Part shown: one piece after another, positions 59,846-64,000 of the stretch | Numbering within the stretch: the stretch's first letter is position 1 | Layout: every line of letters begins with the position of its first letter | Assembly: GCA_965113315.1 (NCBI GenBank) | Contig: OZ220382.1 | Strand: one strand, 5' to 3' | Source: Podarcis vaucheri | Lineage: Eukaryota | Length of the DNA stretch: 64,000 bases | The notes under the pieces: generated by a model | What the model was told of the DNA's origin: nothing | Database searches by the model: none | Seen by the model: only the letters and a program-made list of their open reading frames with translations | Position numbers and translations under genes: made by a program

Positions 59846-62800
59846 TTTAAAACCAAAATGCTGTAGGAATAATTCGCCCCATTTGCTAAGCAGACAGATT
59901 TGCAATCCGGCATGGAAATTCACTTCCTGAAATGTTTATTAAGTGCTGAATTTAAAGTGTTTAGGGCAAGGGGAGTGAGCAGACGAATCCTACTCATCTT
60001 CATTTGGAGTTGATATTGCTGGTTTCAAATGGACTTTCTGGTTCAGCTGTAAACTTGCATTGAAAATACTTTATAAGAAAACCTATCAAGTTTTTAATAC
60101 TTGTGTGCTGAACCAGGCTTGGGGTTTGTGAGTGGAGGAAATTGGGGATGAAATTTATTGGAGTAAGGAATGTTGAAAATTTCGGGGAACCTGGAATGAA
60201 CATGGAATGGGCTGGTGGATGGAATTTTATCAGTTGAAAGCTGGAAGAGGGAACAGGTTGGAAGGGAGGTGGAATTAGCTGATTACTAGGTCTAGTAGGG
60301 TTCATCCAAGACTTCCCAGTTTTCTGTGAATTTTTCATTACACCTCAAACACTCTGTCTGGGATTTGCTGGCAAAAGCACTTAAATAATGCAGCTGAAAT
60401 CCGGAGAGAAAATAAATCCTGATAACACTTTACAGATCAAACCTGAACAAAACCTGGTGTAGAGTATCTGGAGAGACAGAGAACCTTTGCCTTTCTTAAG
60501 CCAGTCCTTGTACATAGCAGAGTGACATTTAACTAAATAAACAGAAGGAGACTCGCTCAGAACTGTACAGTCAATCAGGGCATGTGCTTACTCGGCAAAT
60601 ATCATGGAATTGCCTGGTTGCTAAGCAGTACCCCACCAGTGGTGGCCTTTGTGCTCTCAAAGCACCCTATGTTTTGGCACCCCCTGAAGGGTGGCACCCA
60701 ATGTGATTGCACCAGTCGCACTACCCTAAAACCACCTTTAATCCCACCCTAGGTTATCTGATGTTCTGTAACCCTTAAATTACAAACATAATGATCCCTG
60801 CTGTTGCACTTTCAACAGGGTTAAATCAAAGCAACTCCATGCTTCAGACAGGAAGCTGCTGGTGGTGCTTAGGACTGAACAGAACAAGAGAGGAAGCTCT
60901 TTTCTTTTCTTTGTTGCTATGCAAGAAGATGACTTCCTGTGCAGAGTAGCTTCTGCCTCTGTGCTCAACAGGGGTGGAGATGGGGGGGGGAGAGCACATA
61001 CATCATGCACAATCTTTGGGGTGTGCCCCATGGGGGCAATTTGAAAATTGGGAAATGCTGCTTCGACAAAGGTCCTCTTCCCTGGCTCTTGGGGCATTGT
61101 CCAAGGTTTCACATGCAGTTTAATTGCATTGTGTATTAGAGGAAAGCACTTCGCAGCACTCTGGTTTTAATTACTTTCCTTTTAATATCTCCCTTGGTTT
61201 ATCTAATTAAGCATCAAAGGCCTCCAGAATGCATACAGCATCTTTGTCTCAGATCGATGTCCCTTTTGGCCATCAGAAGTGTAGTCCAATAGTTTAAAGA
61301 TGCACTGGAGGAAAAATGGGAGCAGAGTCGGCACATTCCTGACGCATTAACATTTAATAGGATATTTCAAGTGGCAAAAAGGAAAGGTGGGCTGAGAAGA
61401 GTGTTAGAACGTCATTAATTCTCCACTTTAAAGTGGGGTCACCTTGTTACATGAAAGGCCCTCAGTTCCCAAGCTGGAAAAGTCTTCTTTAGCTTTACTT
61501 CTTCTGTTCTGTCAATCAGGCCTGTTTGTTTCAAACTCCCTGCTGATAAGATCATGAAGGGCCTCCTCACTGGCTAAAATGACTTCTGATAACTTGATTG
61601 CATTATGCGTGCTTTGCTGGGGCACTTGCTCAGTGAGTTTGTGCGACTTTTTGCACAGCGCATGATGACATCGTTCATAAAGAAACAGGAAGAAAAAAGG
61701 AGTGCCATCGCATTGACAGGTCTTGGATGCAGGCAAAATAATCTCTGCTGATTTTGTAACAGTCTTTGCTAAGGGCTCAAAGCAGAGTTTGAAATGATCC
61801 TATAAATATTATATCACTTATCACATCTGTAGCTTAACTATTGCTAACTGACACCACCCATTAAAAAAAGCGACAATCTCTGGAAGGCTGACCAGGTATT
61901 CTTTTCTATTGTCATCCTTTTGACAAGTGATGCCAGGTAATTTTCAAATATTTAAGCATTTGGCACAGATGGGGTGGAGAACCTCAGGCCTGGGGAATGA
62001 AGCAAGGTTTGAATTTGTGCTGTACCCTACAGCTATGCCCCCTGCCCCATCCCTTTTTACAACAATCTGCAAATGAGGAATTTCCCCCACCTAGTGCAGC
62101 AATACCCTCCCTCCCCCACTGCATCCCCATTTATTTTTGCTCAATATCCAGCAAAAAAATTAAATGCACTGGGAGTTGTTAGGAGACCCCTATTCCCCTC
62201 TACATAGCTACAATTGCCAGAGTTTTTTAAACAGTCAATCCCTTTTCTTAGGGAATTTGGGATTGGAGCTCTGAGAGGGAAATAGGGATCTGCTAAGAAG
62301 TCTCAGCACCCTTGATGAACCACAATTCCCAAGATATTTTAGGGAAGTCATGAATGTTTAAAGTGGTATGATACTGCTTTAAATGTCTAGTGCAGATGAG
62401 GTTTCAAATGCTTTCTCATGCTCTTGTGGCTTTTTACTAGAGAAACATTTTTATTTACTTGGTCCTAATAAAGGAATTGTCCTACAGTTAAACTTCTGGG
62501 TTCTATGTTGAATATCAATTTCCATGCAGCTCATTTCAAACGATAAACTATGGGCGCAATAAGTCAGCCAAAAGCTGCTGATCCTTAAGCAAAAGACAGT
62601 ATATTTCAAAATATAAGCCATGGAACTCAGCAACTAAGGAAGCAAAGCAAGGATGAAATCAAGGATGCCATAATTCAACATTTGCCAAAAGTGAGGTATG
62701 GTAAAATTTTGACATTTGCAGGTCAACATATCCTTTCATCACAATCCATACTGAAAAAACCACTTAGTTCTAATTCCTTGCATTCTGAAATTAATGGTGC

Positions 62801-63619
62801 TTCCAGGTGGATACTAATTTTGAAGTTGGATTTAATCACATATCAGCAAATTCACCTTGTACATTTAAAATTGGTCTGGTGCTCCTCTGCAACAAACAGC
62901 TCCCCTCCCCCCCGACTTTTTTGTAATCAATAGGTAAAGCAACAAGAAAAAGCACTGGAAAGTGTGGGATAACAATTGCTTGATGTGACATCATATAACC
63001 TCCCTGCAAGCTTTGTGGAAAGAGATTAGGATGAATGGCCAAAAACCAGATCAGCTGGAAATGACCTTTGCTTACATTCAGAGCTTGCAACTCTTACCTT
63101 ATCATAGTTCCACTCCTTTGATTAACCTTCCTACCTGCCACCCAGTCTAATTTAGGCTGCAAGACCCCAGGAGCTAAGAACCTGCATCTTGCTTATTTCA
63201 CTCTGCACTGCACCATGAGCACATATAGATATATATTTTTTTTTTGCTAAAGATCCACTTGAGTTTAGAACGATAAAGTGTGGCATATATTTAACACTAG
63301 AGGGTGCCCTTGCAATCTAAGAACATCCTAGATGCTGAGAGAAAGGATGTGAAAGCTGCTTCTCTGCTCAGCAGGTTTAGAGAGCTGCATGTAAAAGGGA
63401 CCCCACTAATCACAAGTGTAGACAGGTGATTTCTGCTCTGCAAAATAGATGTCATTTAGCTATACAAAAATGTTTTTTTGCTATTGCCATTAAAAACACA
63501 CACATTATTGCTGTTGTTGTTTTATTGCTGTATAGAAATGCTAGTCAATTAATTGTACACATTTTTGTCAGTTAATAAATGGATTAAATCACCATATATT
63601 TGCATAGAGATAACAATAG

Positions 63620-63830
63620 TTCTGGGAAAGAGGAGGACATCCCAATGAAAAAAGAAGAATGAATCATGAAGATGATGGAATAGATGGCTAGACTAACTGT
63701 GAGAGTTAAAGAACAGAATGAAGAAAAATTTCTTGAAGAATGGAAATATTTTTCAGAATATTTGAAAAAAAGTTACGTTAAAATGTTAAAATGCATGATT
63801 TGAAGCACAACAGCAGATGAGAAGTGGTAG
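63620..63830 (+). mobile_element. Degenerate L1-clade ORF2 C-terminal fragment
   Basis: Fragmentary translation KEEDIP..MARLTVRVKEQNEEKFLEEWKYFSEYL, the same region type as 11100-11260. Confidence 0.55.
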
Positions 63831-64000
63831 TTTAATAATTTATAATTAGCACATATAATGGGCATAATTATATACAGCAGCTTTATAAGGCGATACAGTA
63901 GTTTTCAACCAGTGTGCTGTGAAACCCCTGAAAGATGGTCATGGATTCTTCGGGCAACACTGGCCTCTGCCTCTCTTTCCCTCCCTCCCTCCTCTGATGC

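Noticed and set aside
62451-62633. Possible IL1RAPL2 exon 6
   Set aside because: No match to the expected short Pro-rich Ig2-Ig3 linker peptide; the exon probably lies outside the window.

Overview
Eukaryotic genomic DNA from a squamate reptile. Multiple Sauria/Squam1 SINEs with (ACCTTT)n tails point to a lacertid lizard (inference). The only host protein-coding gene I can support is the 3' half of IL1RAPL2 on the minus strand. It has five coding exons (equivalent to human exons 7-11: third Ig domain, transmembrane helix, TIR domain, C-tail ending ...LSFTSDIW*), all with GT-AG boundaries and consistent phases; upstream exons lie beyond the right edge. The rest is intronic or intergenic and rich in transposable elements: a degenerate two-LTR Ty1/Copia element with three nested insertions, Sauria and other tRNA-derived SINEs, CR1/L2/L1 fragments, Tc1-mariner/pogo-type MITEs (TA TSD), hAT MITEs (8-bp TSD), two related solo-LTR-like copies, microsatellites and a 174-N assembly gap. 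Almost all other ORFs in the track are spurious or TE-derived. I found no convincing new multi-gene system. The best leads are a MITE built from tandem hairpins, the amniote Copia element, a possible soluble IL1RAPL2 isoform from intronic polyadenylation, paired miR-26/miR-30 sites, and probable Z-linkage. TE family names come from recognised motifs, not database searches.
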